NCBI GenBank assembly: GCA_023136205.1
Contig: JAGLRQ010000097.1
Location: forward strand, 1 to 13,779
DNA from: Candidatus Auribacterota bacterium
Lineage (GTDB): Bacteria; Auribacterota; UBA6266
Length of the DNA stretch: 13,779 nt
Direction of reading: 5' to 3'
The notes under the pieces were generated by a model. The model saw nothing but the letters and a program-made list of their open reading frames with translations, made no database searches and was not told the origin of the DNA. The position numbers and the translations under genes are program-made. Positions within the stretch are counted from its first letter, which is position 1; each line of letters starts with the position of its first letter. Below, in pieces: positions 1 through 7,581 of this stretch.

Positions 1-281
1 AACAAAGCTCTATTCTTGAAAATGTGGTATCGTGGATGAGAAGGCATCCATTCGCGGTTGTTCTTATTGAAGGCCACTGTGATGAAAGGGGTTCAAATGA
101 ATATAATCTTGCGCTTGGAGAACAAAGAGCTTTAGGCGTCAGAAGGTATCTTGTTGCTCTTGGGATTGAATCTGACAGAATCCATACAATTTCATATGGA
201 GAGGAAAGTCCCGCGGCTCTGGATCATAACGAGGGGGCATGGCGGCTCAATCGGAGGGGGCATTTCCTTATAGCGGAGTAA
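1..281 (+). CDS. pal: Peptidoglycan-associated lipoprotein Pal (OmpA-family C-terminal domain); 5'-truncated by the window edge, frame 3, stop TAA 279-281
   Basis: The frame is open from nt 3. The translation ...VVLIEGHCDERGSNEYNLALGEQRALGVRRYLVALGI...ISYGEESP...NRRGHF carries the OmpA_C/Pal peptidoglycan-binding signature (GHxDxxG, YNxxLxxxRA, NRR). Confidence 0.85.
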   Translation, partial: QSSILENVVSWMRRHPFAVVLIEGHCDERGSNEYNLALGEQRALGVRRYLVALGIESDRIHTISYGEESPAALDHNEGAWRLNRRGHFLIAE

Positions 282-323
282 GTTTTAGCAAGTTGGCAAT
301 CGGGGGCTGGAGGTAGTATAAAC

Positions 324-920
324 TTGCCTATGAAAACATTTAAAAAAAGTTTGTATTTACTGGTATTGTTTCTGTTTCTTTATACTGGTTTTGCCGAAGC
401 ATATAAAAAGAGGCTGACGGCGGAAGAAGTACAGGCGCGGCTTGGAGAGGAGATAGGAAACATAAAAATAGTTCTGTCAAACCTTCGGGAAAATATTGAT
501 GTTATTAGCGAGAGGTTCGATAGAATTTCTGAAGAAGGCGAAAAAACTTCCGAAAGTTTTGATAAGTCTGTAAAGAAACTTTTAGATGAAATTGTTGAGA
601 TAAAAAAAGAATTGTCCGAACTTACTGCGCTTTGCGAAGGCCTCGAGCGGAAAACAGAGAAGAAGATATCGTTGATTATAGAAACAGTAACAAAAGAAAA
701 TGAAGAAATTAGAAAACAGATTAGAAGTATTAAGAGTGAATTGGTGATGGCAGCAGGAGATTATCATATTGTAAAAAGCGGAGAAACGGTTTCGGAGATT
801 GCCAGAATATATGGTGTTGCTATTTCCTCTATAATGGAAGTAAACGGTATGGATGATCCGCACAAGCTGTATATAGGGCAAAAAATAATTATTCCAAATG
901 AGCAGGAAAAAATTCCATGA
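324..920 (+). CDS. Secreted coiled-coil protein with a C-terminal LysM peptidoglycan-binding domain (function unknown; sits in the CpoB/YbgF position after pal)
   Basis: GGAGG at 309-313 lies 10 nt before TTG 324; an alternative ATG is at 330. There is a Sec signal peptide (KTFKK, hydrophobic core, AEA-Y cleavage site). About 110 aa are heptad-like and E/K/I/L-rich. The C-terminal YHIVKSGETVSEIARIYGVAISSIMEVNGMDDPHKLYIGQKIIIP is a textbook LysM motif. Confidence 0.8.
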   Translation: MPMKTFKKSLYLLVLFLFLYTGFAEAYKKRLTAEEVQARLGEEIGNIKIVLSNLRENIDVISERFDRISEEGEKTSESFDKSVKKLLDEIVEIKKELSELTALCEGLERKTEKKISLIIETVTKENEEIRKQIRSIKSELVMAAGDYHIVKSGETVSEIARIYGVAISSIMEVNGMDDPHKLYIGQKIIIPNEQEKIP

Positions 921-1525
921 AAATAGGTGTTTTAGGTTCAGGGAAAGGTTCGAATTTTCAGGCAATTCTTGATGCCGTTGAAAAGAAAAAACTGAAGAAC
1001 GTTGAAATTTCTGTTGTGATTAGTGATGTGGAAAACGCTTATATTCTTAAACGGGCGGAGGAAAAAAGAATTAAAGCCGTGTATATTGATGCTTCACCGT
1101 TCAGGACTAAACTTGATGGAGAGGCCGAAGAAAAATATATAAACTGCCTTAAAGAAAGCGCGGTAGATTTGGTTGTTCTAGCCGGGTTTATGAGGATGAT
1201 AAAGAAACGTTTTCTTGAAGCCTACAGGGGCAGAGTTATAAATATTCATCCTGCCCTTCTTCCCGCGTTTCCGGGGCTCGAATCCTGGAAACAAGCTCTT
1301 GAATACGGTGTGAAATTTGCCGGTTGCACAGTTCATTTTGTAGATGGAGGAATGGATACGGGGCCGATCATAGCTCAGGCGGTTATTCCTGTTGAACAAA
1401 ATGATACGCCTGAATCTCTTCACGCCAGGATTCAAGCCGAGGAACACAGGCTGTTTCCATATGCGATAGGGCTTATCGAAAAGGGTAGTGTAAAAATCCA
1501 GGGAAGACGGACTTTTATTGGCTGA
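917..1525 (+). CDS. purN: Phosphoribosylglycinamide formyltransferase (GAR transformylase)
   Basis: ATGA start/stop overlap with the upstream gene. MKIGVLGSGKGSNFQAILDA, LVVLAGFMRMI, INIHPALLPAFPG and GCTVHFVDGGMDTGPII match the PurN formyltransferase motifs. Its 202 aa is the typical length. Confidence 0.95.
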   Translation: MKIGVLGSGKGSNFQAILDAVEKKKLKNVEISVVISDVENAYILKRAEEKRIKAVYIDASPFRTKLDGEAEEKYINCLKESAVDLVVLAGFMRMIKKRFLEAYRGRVINIHPALLPAFPGLESWKQALEYGVKFAGCTVHFVDGGMDTGPIIAQAVIPVEQNDTPESLHARIQAEEHRLFPYAIGLIEKGSVKIQGRRTFIG

Positions 1526-2867
1526 GGATTTCGCATCGTTTTGCTATTTGTCTCGCGAATTCAGGGAGGGAAGGGTCTCTTGCCCCCATTAAAATTACGG
1601 CCGATTTGCCGTTGCTGAAATTGATACTTTTGAGCAAGGTTTCCCTCGAGGTAATTTCAGATTTTATATTGTGTTTTAGAACTTCCCGTGCGATATCTTC
1701 TGAGGATATGTGTTTTTCAGCAGTACCTCCCGCGTAGTATATCGGAAGCAGATATAGAGTATCCTGCTGTCTTAAGCGGCGTGTGAATGATTGAACAATT
1801 TCTTTGAAAAGTAGTTTGGTTGGCCTGTATCCGTGCGGCTGGTAGATAATGATAACTTGATCATAATATGGAATAATACTGTCTAATGAAGATGATATTT
1901 TATCCGGATTGTGGGCGAAGTCGTCAAAGACATCAATTTTTTCAGCAGAAAAGATTTTTTCGAGCCTGCGCTCAATGCCTGGGAAACAGGACATTGCCCG
2001 CGCGCCTTGTCTCGGGTTAATTCCATGTAGTTCGGCAGCAGCTAATGCCGCGAGACAATTTAATATATTGTGTTTTCCCGGAAGATTTAGTGTAAAGCGC
2101 TCTTTCTTATATTTGATGATGCAATAATCCCTTCTCCTTTCAAGGATAGAGAAATGGGCCGGGTTATTATATATTACCCGATTTATATTATTCTGTTCGC
2201 GGGCAATATTTAAATCACGCGGAAGGACAACATTTTTTTTAGAATTGGAAATAAACGATTTAAACTGTTCCAGGAGCTTTGATATTTCCATGTGGTCTTT
2301 TGAAAGGTTGAGAATAACTCCCGTTTCAGGATAGTAATTTATGAGAGAACCGTCACTTTCATCAGCTTCAATAATTAAAAACGGATATTCCCCGAAATTA
2401 AAAGAAGCGCCTCCTATTAATTTTGCTCCTGAAATAAAAGAAACATCTTTTCCCGATTCTTTCATAATATGAAACAGCATGCCGGCCGTAGTGGATTTTC
2501 CGCTTGTTCCTGAGATTGCCGCGCCCGGAACGGATGAAATAAGTGATGACAGCATTTCCGAGCGTTTTATGAGAGGAATATTGTTTTTTTTTGCCGTTTT
2601 ATAGTCCGGTATAGTTTCCTCAATTGCTCCGGAATAGATCGCGGAATCACATTTTGCCGTGGTAAATTGTCCATCCTGCGCGAAGATTTTTATACCATGG
2701 CCGATAAGGAGATTTTTTATTTGTTCGCATTTGCCGTTGTCAAAACTCCTGTCAGAGCCCGAGATAAAATTACCGGCTTTTTTAAGGAAACACGCGAGGG
2801 GATACATTCCGCTTCCGGCTATGCCGATGAAATGCAATTTTTTTTTGGAAGGGAAGGTCACTTTCAA
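1515..2867 (-). CDS. Mur ligase family protein, UDP-N-acetylmuramate--L-alanine ligase-like (MurC/Mpl clade)
   Basis: It is colinear with the E. coli MurC motifs. These are HFIGIAGSGM...SGSD (N-terminal Rossmann), IPLIKRSEML, the P-loop AISGTSGKSTT, IIEADESDGS, NLSKDHM, LPGKHNILNCLAALAAA, FPGIERRLE, DDFAHNPDKI and IYQPHGYRPT. The P-loop has S where MurC/Mpl usually have H (GTHGKTT). Confidence 0.85.
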   Translation of the reverse strand: MKVTFPSKKKLHFIGIAGSGMYPLACFLKKAGNFISGSDRSFDNGKCEQIKNLLIGHGIKIFAQDGQFTTAKCDSAIYSGAIEETIPDYKTAKKNNIPLIKRSEMLSSLISSVPGAAISGTSGKSTTAGMLFHIMKESGKDVSFISGAKLIGGASFNFGEYPFLIIEADESDGSLINYYPETGVILNLSKDHMEISKLLEQFKSFISNSKKNVVLPRDLNIAREQNNINRVIYNNPAHFSILERRRDYCIIKYKKERFTLNLPGKHNILNCLAALAAAELHGINPRQGARAMSCFPGIERRLEKIFSAEKIDVFDDFAHNPDKISSSLDSIIPYYDQVIIIYQPHGYRPTKLLFKEIVQSFTRRLRQQDTLYLLPIYYAGGTAEKHISSEDIAREVLKHNIKSEITSRETLLKSINFSNGKSAVILMGARDPSLPEFARQIAKRCEILSQ

Positions 2868-3409
2868 AAACCAGCAGCTTCGCGCGCGCTTTGTATCATT
2901 TCTTCATCAGGTTTAAATCCTTTGGGATATGTTCCAATATCATAAGTTGAAGGATTTCCTAAAAAAAAGATAACCTTTTTAAAGCGGACTTTGTCATTGT
3001 AAAAGAAATACGAGGTAAAGCTATGTTTGCCCTTGCATTTTAACCCTTCAACATGGTGTATTGATTTGCCCGGATAAAAAGACATCTTTCTGACAGCTGA
3101 AATTCTGCCGATATTGTCAATGAATACGGCTTTGGAAGAAGAACAGTCGACCCAGTCTTTAACATTTACTTTAAAATCCACTTTCATAGCCCGAATATCC
3201 CTTGGAGCCATTCCGGTTTCGGATTCCCACACGAGGTTTGTAAAATTTGTTTGTTTTGCGATAGATTTTATGTAAATGTCGCCTTTATCAGAGATTTTTT
3301 TTGTTGGTTTATTCATACTGGCTTTTAACTTATCCAAGTTTGAGGCACACAGAGCCTCCGGCGCGATTAATTGAAAGGTTATAAGAAAAATGGTCAAAAT
3401 GTGTTTCAT
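2864..3409 (-). CDS. Hypothetical secreted protein (181 aa, Lys-rich, N-terminal signal peptide), co-transcribed with the Mur ligase
   Basis: AGGAG (complement of 3416-3420) lies 6 nt upstream of the ATG (complement of 3407-3409). The N-terminus MKHILTIFLITFQLIAPEALCAS looks like a signal peptide. There is a 4-nt overlap with the downstream Mur ligase start. I recognise no family. Confidence 0.7.
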   Translation of the reverse strand: MKHILTIFLITFQLIAPEALCASNLDKLKASMNKPTKKISDKGDIYIKSIAKQTNFTNLVWESETGMAPRDIRAMKVDFKVNVKDWVDCSSSKAVFIDNIGRISAVRKMSFYPGKSIHHVEGLKCKGKHSFTSYFFYNDKVRFKKVIFFLGNPSTYDIGTYPKGFKPDEEMIQSAREAAGF

Positions 3410-3504
3410 TTCAGTCTCCTTTTTCCTAAAAACAGATGAGTTTAAATAATTTCTAATAAGAAATAGATAAAAAATCTATACCAGCCTATGATTAGAAGTA
3501 ATTT

Positions 3505-3513
3505 ATGCTATAA
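3505..3513 (+). promoter_or_regulatory. Candidate extended -10 promoter (TGcTATAAT) for the plus-strand array starting at 3594
   Basis: TGCTATAAT at 3505-3513 lies in the 160-nt divergent intergenic region, about 80 nt upstream of the first plus-strand gene. There is no good -35 box, which is tolerated by extended -10 promoters. Confidence 0.35.
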
Positions 3514-3593
3514 TTCAATCTGATGTAAAGGAGTTTTTTAACCCGGATTTTGCGTTAGGCCCGATTTGGGTGAAAAAAGGAGTGAATATTGTT

Positions 3594-4064
3594 ATGAAAA
3601 TAGGTGTTATAGGCAGTTCAGACTGTAATGCTGAAGAAGGCCGGCTTGCAAGAGAAGTCGGAAGGTTGATTTCTGAGCAGGGACACATTCTTGTTTGCGG
3701 AGGTTTGGGCGGTGTTATGGAAGAAGTTTCGAGGGGAGCTTTTGAAGGGGGGGGAATTACAATAGGAATTCTTCCCGGTGAAAGTACAGATTCTGCCAAT
3801 GAGTATTTAAAAATTGCGGTGCCAACCGGCATGGGAGTGATGAGAAACGCGTTGGTTGTTCGTTCTTCAGATGTTCTTATTGCCATTGGAGGCTGGTATG
3901 GTACTCTTTCAGAAATAGCACTGGCTTTGAACATGGGAAAGGCTGTCGTTGGACTGGGGACATGGAAGTGTAGTATAAATGATAAAAAAGCGGAGATAAT
4001 AAGGGTGGACTCTCCGGAGGATGCGGTTGAAAAAGCTTTAAAAGCGGCAGGCAGTAGTTCATAA
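3594..4064 (+). CDS. TIGR00725-family protein (LOG / SLOG Rossmann-fold, lysine-decarboxylase-like)
   Basis: AAGGAG at 3577-3582 lies 11 nt before ATG 3594; the ORF track's GTG 3570 has no SD. MKIGVIGSS, VCGGLGGVMEEVSRGA, GITIGILPG, RNALVVRSSDVLIAIGGWYGTLSEIALAL reproduce the LOG-type GGxGGxM and GGxxGTxxE motifs. Confidence 0.85.
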   Translation: MKIGVIGSSDCNAEEGRLAREVGRLISEQGHILVCGGLGGVMEEVSRGAFEGGGITIGILPGESTDSANEYLKIAVPTGMGVMRNALVVRSSDVLIAIGGWYGTLSEIALALNMGKAVVGLGTWKCSINDKKAEIIRVDSPEDAVEKALKAAGSSS

Positions 4065-4068
4065 GGTT

Positions 4069-4374
4069 ATGAGAATAGGGGAAAACAAATTTGTTTGTGA
4101 TGGCTGCCTCAAAGAAGTAGAGGGAGGATCACGGCATTTTTCTGTAATAGTTCAGGGTATGGCCTCATTTAACGGCACGCTCGATGGCGCGGAAAATACC
4201 GAGGATGTAAAAGAGGCAATAAGTAAGCTTGTGGAAAAATTAAGGAAGATTTCGTCCAGCGGGGCTGTTGAAGAAGTTTACGTTGAAAATTACTATGACC
4301 TTTGCCGTTTATGTTATAAAAAATTTATTGATGACCCGTTGAAGGTTCTGCATGAAAAAGATGATAATAAATGA
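4069..4374 (+). CDS. Hypothetical split zinc-ribbon protein (CxxC at residues 10-13 and 79-82, acidic insert)
   Basis: It starts 4 nt after the previous stop. Two CxxC pairs (CDGC, CRLC) flank a helical E/K-rich segment of about 65 aa. There is no signal peptide or TM segment, and I recognise no family. Confidence 0.6.
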   Translation: MRIGENKFVCDGCLKEVEGGSRHFSVIVQGMASFNGTLDGAENTEDVKEAISKLVEKLRKISSSGAVEEVYVENYYDLCRLCYKKFIDDPLKVLHEKDDNK

Positions 4375-5380
4375 CTGGCCGTATTTTTATGAAGCCGACA
4401 GGATGCATAAAGTATTTGCCGTTGCTATTTTAATTTCGCTGCTCTTGAATATCCCCTTTTTTATTGCTCTTGAGGCATCTCTGGGCTCCGGAACTTTTGT
4501 GCCGTCCGCTAAACTTAAGGAGAAGGTAGTGGTATTTAATCTGGTTGAAGAAAGGCCGGTTGAAAAAGTCCCTTTTCTCGATACGCCTGATAAGATTTCC
4601 GAAGAACCTCCCGAAAAACCCGCGGCAATCTCCGATAAATCTTCTAAAGCTTCGGATCTCAAAAAGTCGGCAGGGGAAATAACCTCCACACCTTTCAGTA
4701 AAGGGAAAGCTGATTTCATGGGTAAAACGAGGGATATTACAAATGTTATTGCGAAGGCGGAAGCAGTTCCGTTAGCGAAGCCTGTTGAACAAAAAAGGGA
4801 ACTTATATTTAATACTAAAAGACGGGTACAGATAGCAGAGGTTAAAGGATTGGCAGATTTTCCTGTGCGGAAAGAAATTCCCGAACATGTTGAGGAGCAA
4901 AAAAAACCTGAGGAGAAAGAAAAGGTTAGAAAAAAAACCAGGGATGTATCCTTGGTAACATCAAGCATATCTATACCGCGCTTTTCCAGAAGGCTGGAAG
5001 AGAGGATAGATGAAGCATTATCCGATACCGGTTCAAATGCCGAAATATTTGATGAAATTGAATATAACGTTAAATCTGACATTATAGGGCCGTATGTTAA
5101 AACGGTGAAAAACAAGATATTAAATCTCTGGTATTATTATCTCTATAAAGATAAAATGCCTTTTATTTATGGCAATACACTTGTAGTATTTAAAATAATG
5201 CCGAACGGGACACTTTCTGATATGACTCTTGCAAGGCATACCGGGGGACATGACCTTGATGCCAGGTATGGGCTTTTGGCCGTTGAGAAAGCAGCTCCTT
5301 TTTCCGAAATGAGTTCTGATGTTGCCGGAGCTTTAAAATCAGATGGATTATGGATAGCTTTTGAGTTCAGCTATAGATGA
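4352..5380 (+). CDS. TonB/TolA-family energy transducer-like protein (N-terminal TM anchor, long P/E/K-rich linker, TonB_C-like C-terminal domain)
   Basis: GAAGG at 4341-4345 lies 6 nt before ATG 4352. There is a single TM segment (HKVFAVAILISLLLNIPFFIAL). The linker is rich in E, K and P (EEPPEKP, EEQKKPEEKEK). The C-terminus YVKTVKNKILNLW...TLVVFKIMPNGTLSDMTLARHTGGHDLDARYGLLAVEKAAPF follows the TonB_C pattern. The gene lies directly upstream of exbB-exbD. Confidence 0.65.
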   Translation: MKKMIINDWPYFYEADRMHKVFAVAILISLLLNIPFFIALEASLGSGTFVPSAKLKEKVVVFNLVEERPVEKVPFLDTPDKISEEPPEKPAAISDKSSKASDLKKSAGEITSTPFSKGKADFMGKTRDITNVIAKAEAVPLAKPVEQKRELIFNTKRRVQIAEVKGLADFPVRKEIPEHVEEQKKPEEKEKVRKKTRDVSLVTSSISIPRFSRRLEERIDEALSDTGSNAEIFDEIEYNVKSDIIGPYVKTVKNKILNLWYYYLYKDKMPFIYGNTLVVFKIMPNGTLSDMTLARHTGGHDLDARYGLLAVEKAAPFSEMSSDVAGALKSDGLWIAFEFSYR

Positions 5381-5454
5381 TGCTTAATTGTAAACTGGTA
5401 ATTGCGAGGGAAGACCGGAGAAATAGAAAGCAGGATACAAAATTCGGAGAAAAC

Positions 5455-6066
5455 ATGATGACAAATTTTTTTGAAATTCTGGTAAAAGGCGGGACCACCA
5501 TGGTTTTTCTTGTCATGTGTTCGGTAGTTTCGCTTGGGGTAATAATTGAAAAGTTATGGACTTTGAGAAAACGTAGCGTAATATCTTCGCGTGTTATAAG
5601 CATATTTACCGATATTGATATTGCAAAACATCCTGAAGATGCTATCGAGAGGTGTGAAAAGAATCCAGCCCCTCTCGCCAATATTTTAAGAACGGGTTTG
5701 TTAAACAGGGGCCTGTCCAAAAATGATAATGTGGAAGCAATAAAGCTTGCAGGGCGTTCTGAAATGAAATTTCTCGAGAAACACTTGGCTTTTCTTGAAA
5801 TAATAGGTGTTATTTCTCCTCTTCTAGGCTTATTGGGGACCGTAATAGGGATGGTAGAAATTTTTGCCGTTATTTCACAGATGGGAGTAGGACAGGCCGC
5901 GGCGCTTTCTACCGGTATATCAAAAGCTCTGATAACTACTGTTGTGGGCCTTATAATTGCCATTCCCACTATAGTAGCTTATGGGTATTTTGACCGGAAA
6001 GTGGATTCGCTAACCCTGAAAATGGAACAATATTCCGCGGAACTGATTCACTATCTGTACCACTAA
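5455..6066 (+). CDS. exbB: MotA/TolQ/ExbB proton-channel protein
   Basis: GGAGA at 5446-5450 precedes ATGATG at 5455/5458. The motifs GGTTMVFLVMCSVVSLGVIIEK, SPLLGLLGTVIGM and ALITTVVGLIIAIP are diagnostic. The 26-aa upstream extension from 5377 is highly basic and unlikely to be real. Confidence 0.9.
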   Translation: MMTNFFEILVKGGTTMVFLVMCSVVSLGVIIEKLWTLRKRSVISSRVISIFTDIDIAKHPEDAIERCEKNPAPLANILRTGLLNRGLSKNDNVEAIKLAGRSEMKFLEKHLAFLEIIGVISPLLGLLGTVIGMVEIFAVISQMGVGQAAALSTGISKALITTVVGLIIAIPTIVAYGYFDRKVDSLTLKMEQYSAELIHYLYH

Positions 6067-6083
6067 AGTAAAAAACTATATTT

Positions 6084-6521
6084 ATGGAATTCGGCAAAAG
6101 AAAAAAGAGGAAAATTCTTGTTAACATTACGTCATTAATTGATGTAATGTTTTTATTGTTAATTTTCTTCGCGGTAACGTCGACTTTTCTTGAACATCCG
6201 GGTATTACGATTGAGCTGCCTGCTGCCGGAAGTTCAGAGGTTGTTGAAAAAAAGGAAATAATGATAACGGTGACAAGAGATGAAAAGATACATTTAAATG
6301 GTGAGGAAATAAAGAAGAATCAATTTGAGAAAAAGCTTGGAAGCCTGGTTAAAAATTATAAAGATCCGACGGTAATACTCAGAGCGGACAAAGATGTTAC
6401 CTACGGGCTTATAATAGAGCTGATGGATTCAATAAAAAGGCTTGGGTTAAAGAAAGTCGTGGCTTTCACAAAGATTGATTTAACTAAGCCTCCATCCCCT
6501 TCAGAAAAATTAAAACTTTAG
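6084..6521 (+). CDS. exbD: ExbD/TolR biopolymer transport protein
   Basis: ITSLIDVMFLLLIFFAVT is the TM helix carrying the conserved Asp. It is followed by ILRADKDVTYGLIIELMD, the ExbD periplasmic domain pattern. The protein is 145 aa. Confidence 0.9.
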   Translation: MEFGKRKKRKILVNITSLIDVMFLLLIFFAVTSTFLEHPGITIELPAAGSSEVVEKKEIMITVTRDEKIHLNGEEIKKNQFEKKLGSLVKNYKDPTVILRADKDVTYGLIIELMDSIKRLGLKKVVAFTKIDLTKPPSPSEKLKL

Positions 6522-6527
6522 TGAAAT

Positions 6528-7553
6528 ATGAAAAAACTGCTTTTCTATATAACCATTTGTTGTCTTCTTTCCTGCGGATGTAAAAGATTTTTTTCAGACG
6601 GGCTTTATATAAAACAGGAAATGGCTATGGGTACCTTTGTCGAGATACAGGTGTTTGAACCGGAAATGGAGGCAAAAACAGTTCAATATGCTATTGAGAA
6701 AGCAATGGATGAGATTAAAAATGTTTCCAGGATTATGAGCAGTTTTGATGTCAAATCTGATATTTCCAGGGTAAACGCGGAAGCCGGCCGGAAATGGGTT
6801 AGTGTTAATCCCAAAACAATTGAAGTCCTCAATAAGGCTCTGAGATTGAGCGAAATGAGCAATGGTGTTTATGATATTAGCGTGGGCAGGATACTTGAAT
6901 TGTGGGGATTTAGCGGTAACGGCCAAAGAGATATTCCCGAAAAAAAAGAAATAGAAACTGCGATGCTGGGAGTTGGATTTAGGAAAGTTTCTATAGATGA
7001 AGAAAATAACAGAGTGAAATTTAAGAACATCTACACGAAAATAGATCTTGGTTCAATCGCGAAAGGATATGCTGTTGACCTTGCCGCCCGTAACCTTAAA
7101 AGAAGCGGCATCAAAAACGCGTTGGTAAATGCCGGGGGGGATATTTACTCTATGGGGAGTAATAAGGGCAGGCATGGATGGGTTGTCGGGATAAGGCATC
7201 CGAGAGAAAAAAACGAAATAATCGGGACATTGACAATAAAAGATAAAGCTGTTGTGACCTCCGGTAATTATGAAAATTTTTTTATCAAAGATGGGGAAAA
7301 GTACAGTCATATTATAGATCCCGGTACCGGATACCCGGTTGAAAACAACATTGTAAGTGTAACAGTAGTTTCTTTTGATACAGCAACAGCCGACGGGCTT
7401 GCAACGATGATAGCAATATCCGGCGCAAATAAGGGCCTTGAAATAGTAAAGGCGCTAAAAGATACCGAATGTATTATAATACTGGAAGATAACAATAATA
7501 TATCGTTTAGATGTTCGGAAGGGTTGAAAGATATTATTATTCCGGTTTTATGA
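6528..7553 (+). CDS. apbE: FAD:protein FMN transferase ApbE (probable lipoprotein)
   Basis: The lipoprotein-like N-terminus is [18 protein letters not shown]. ApbE motifs present are [58 protein letters not shown] and ATADGLAT. Confidence 0.95.
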   Translation: MKKLLFYITICCLLSCGCKRFFSDGLYIKQEMAMGTFVEIQVFEPEMEAKTVQYAIEKAMDEIKNVSRIMSSFDVKSDISRVNAEAGRKWVSVNPKTIEVLNKALRLSEMSNGVYDISVGRILELWGFSGNGQRDIPEKKEIETAMLGVGFRKVSIDEENNRVKFKNIYTKIDLGSIAKGYAVDLAARNLKRSGIKNALVNAGGDIYSMGSNKGRHGWVVGIRHPREKNEIIGTLTIKDKAVVTSGNYENFFIKDGEKYSHIIDPGTGYPVENNIVSVTVVSFDTATADGLATMIAISGANKGLEIVKALKDTECIIILEDNNNISFRCSEGLKDIIIPVL

Positions 7554-7581
7554 AATATATGTATATGAAATATTAGATCAG

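Noticed and set aside
2584-2592. T9 homopolymer runs (also at 2837-2845, and T8 runs at 2234-2241 and 3295-3302) as possible phase-variation slippage tracts in the Mur ligase and the secreted protein.
   Set aside because: They encode Lys-Lys-Lys/Asn stretches in intact reading frames. Such runs are expected by composition in an AT-rich genome. There is no frameshifted continuation or other hallmark of contingency loci.
2667-2945. A 92-aa plus-strand ORF spanning the junction between the Mur ligase start and the end of the secreted-protein gene.
   Set aside because: It is antisense to two well-supported, translationally coupled minus-strand genes. It has no SD and no recognisable motifs.
3527-3533. 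A strong SD-like AAAGGAG in the leader upstream of the LOG-like gene, suggesting a small leader ORF.
   Set aside because: There is no ATG/GTG/TTG within 5-13 nt downstream. The nearest TTG (3550) opens only a 2-codon frame (TTG CGT TAG).
4387-5115. A 242-aa minus-strand ORF antisense to the TonB-like gene. Similar long antisense ORFs occur at 5367-5969, 3515-3934, 582-965 and 10682-10996.
   Set aside because: These ORFs are low-complexity and S/F/L/I-rich. That is the expected mirror image of E/K-rich sense codons in an AT-rich genome. They have no SD and no recognisable motifs, and each is fully contained in a sense gene with strong family signatures.
5377-5454. A 26-codon N-terminal extension of exbB that starts with an ATGA overlap on the TonB-like stop.
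   Set aside because: The extension is strongly basic (REDRRNRKQDTK), which is inconsistent with the periplasmic N-terminus of ExbB/TolQ. A GGAGA SD sits just before ATG 5455, and that start gives a normal-length N-terminus.
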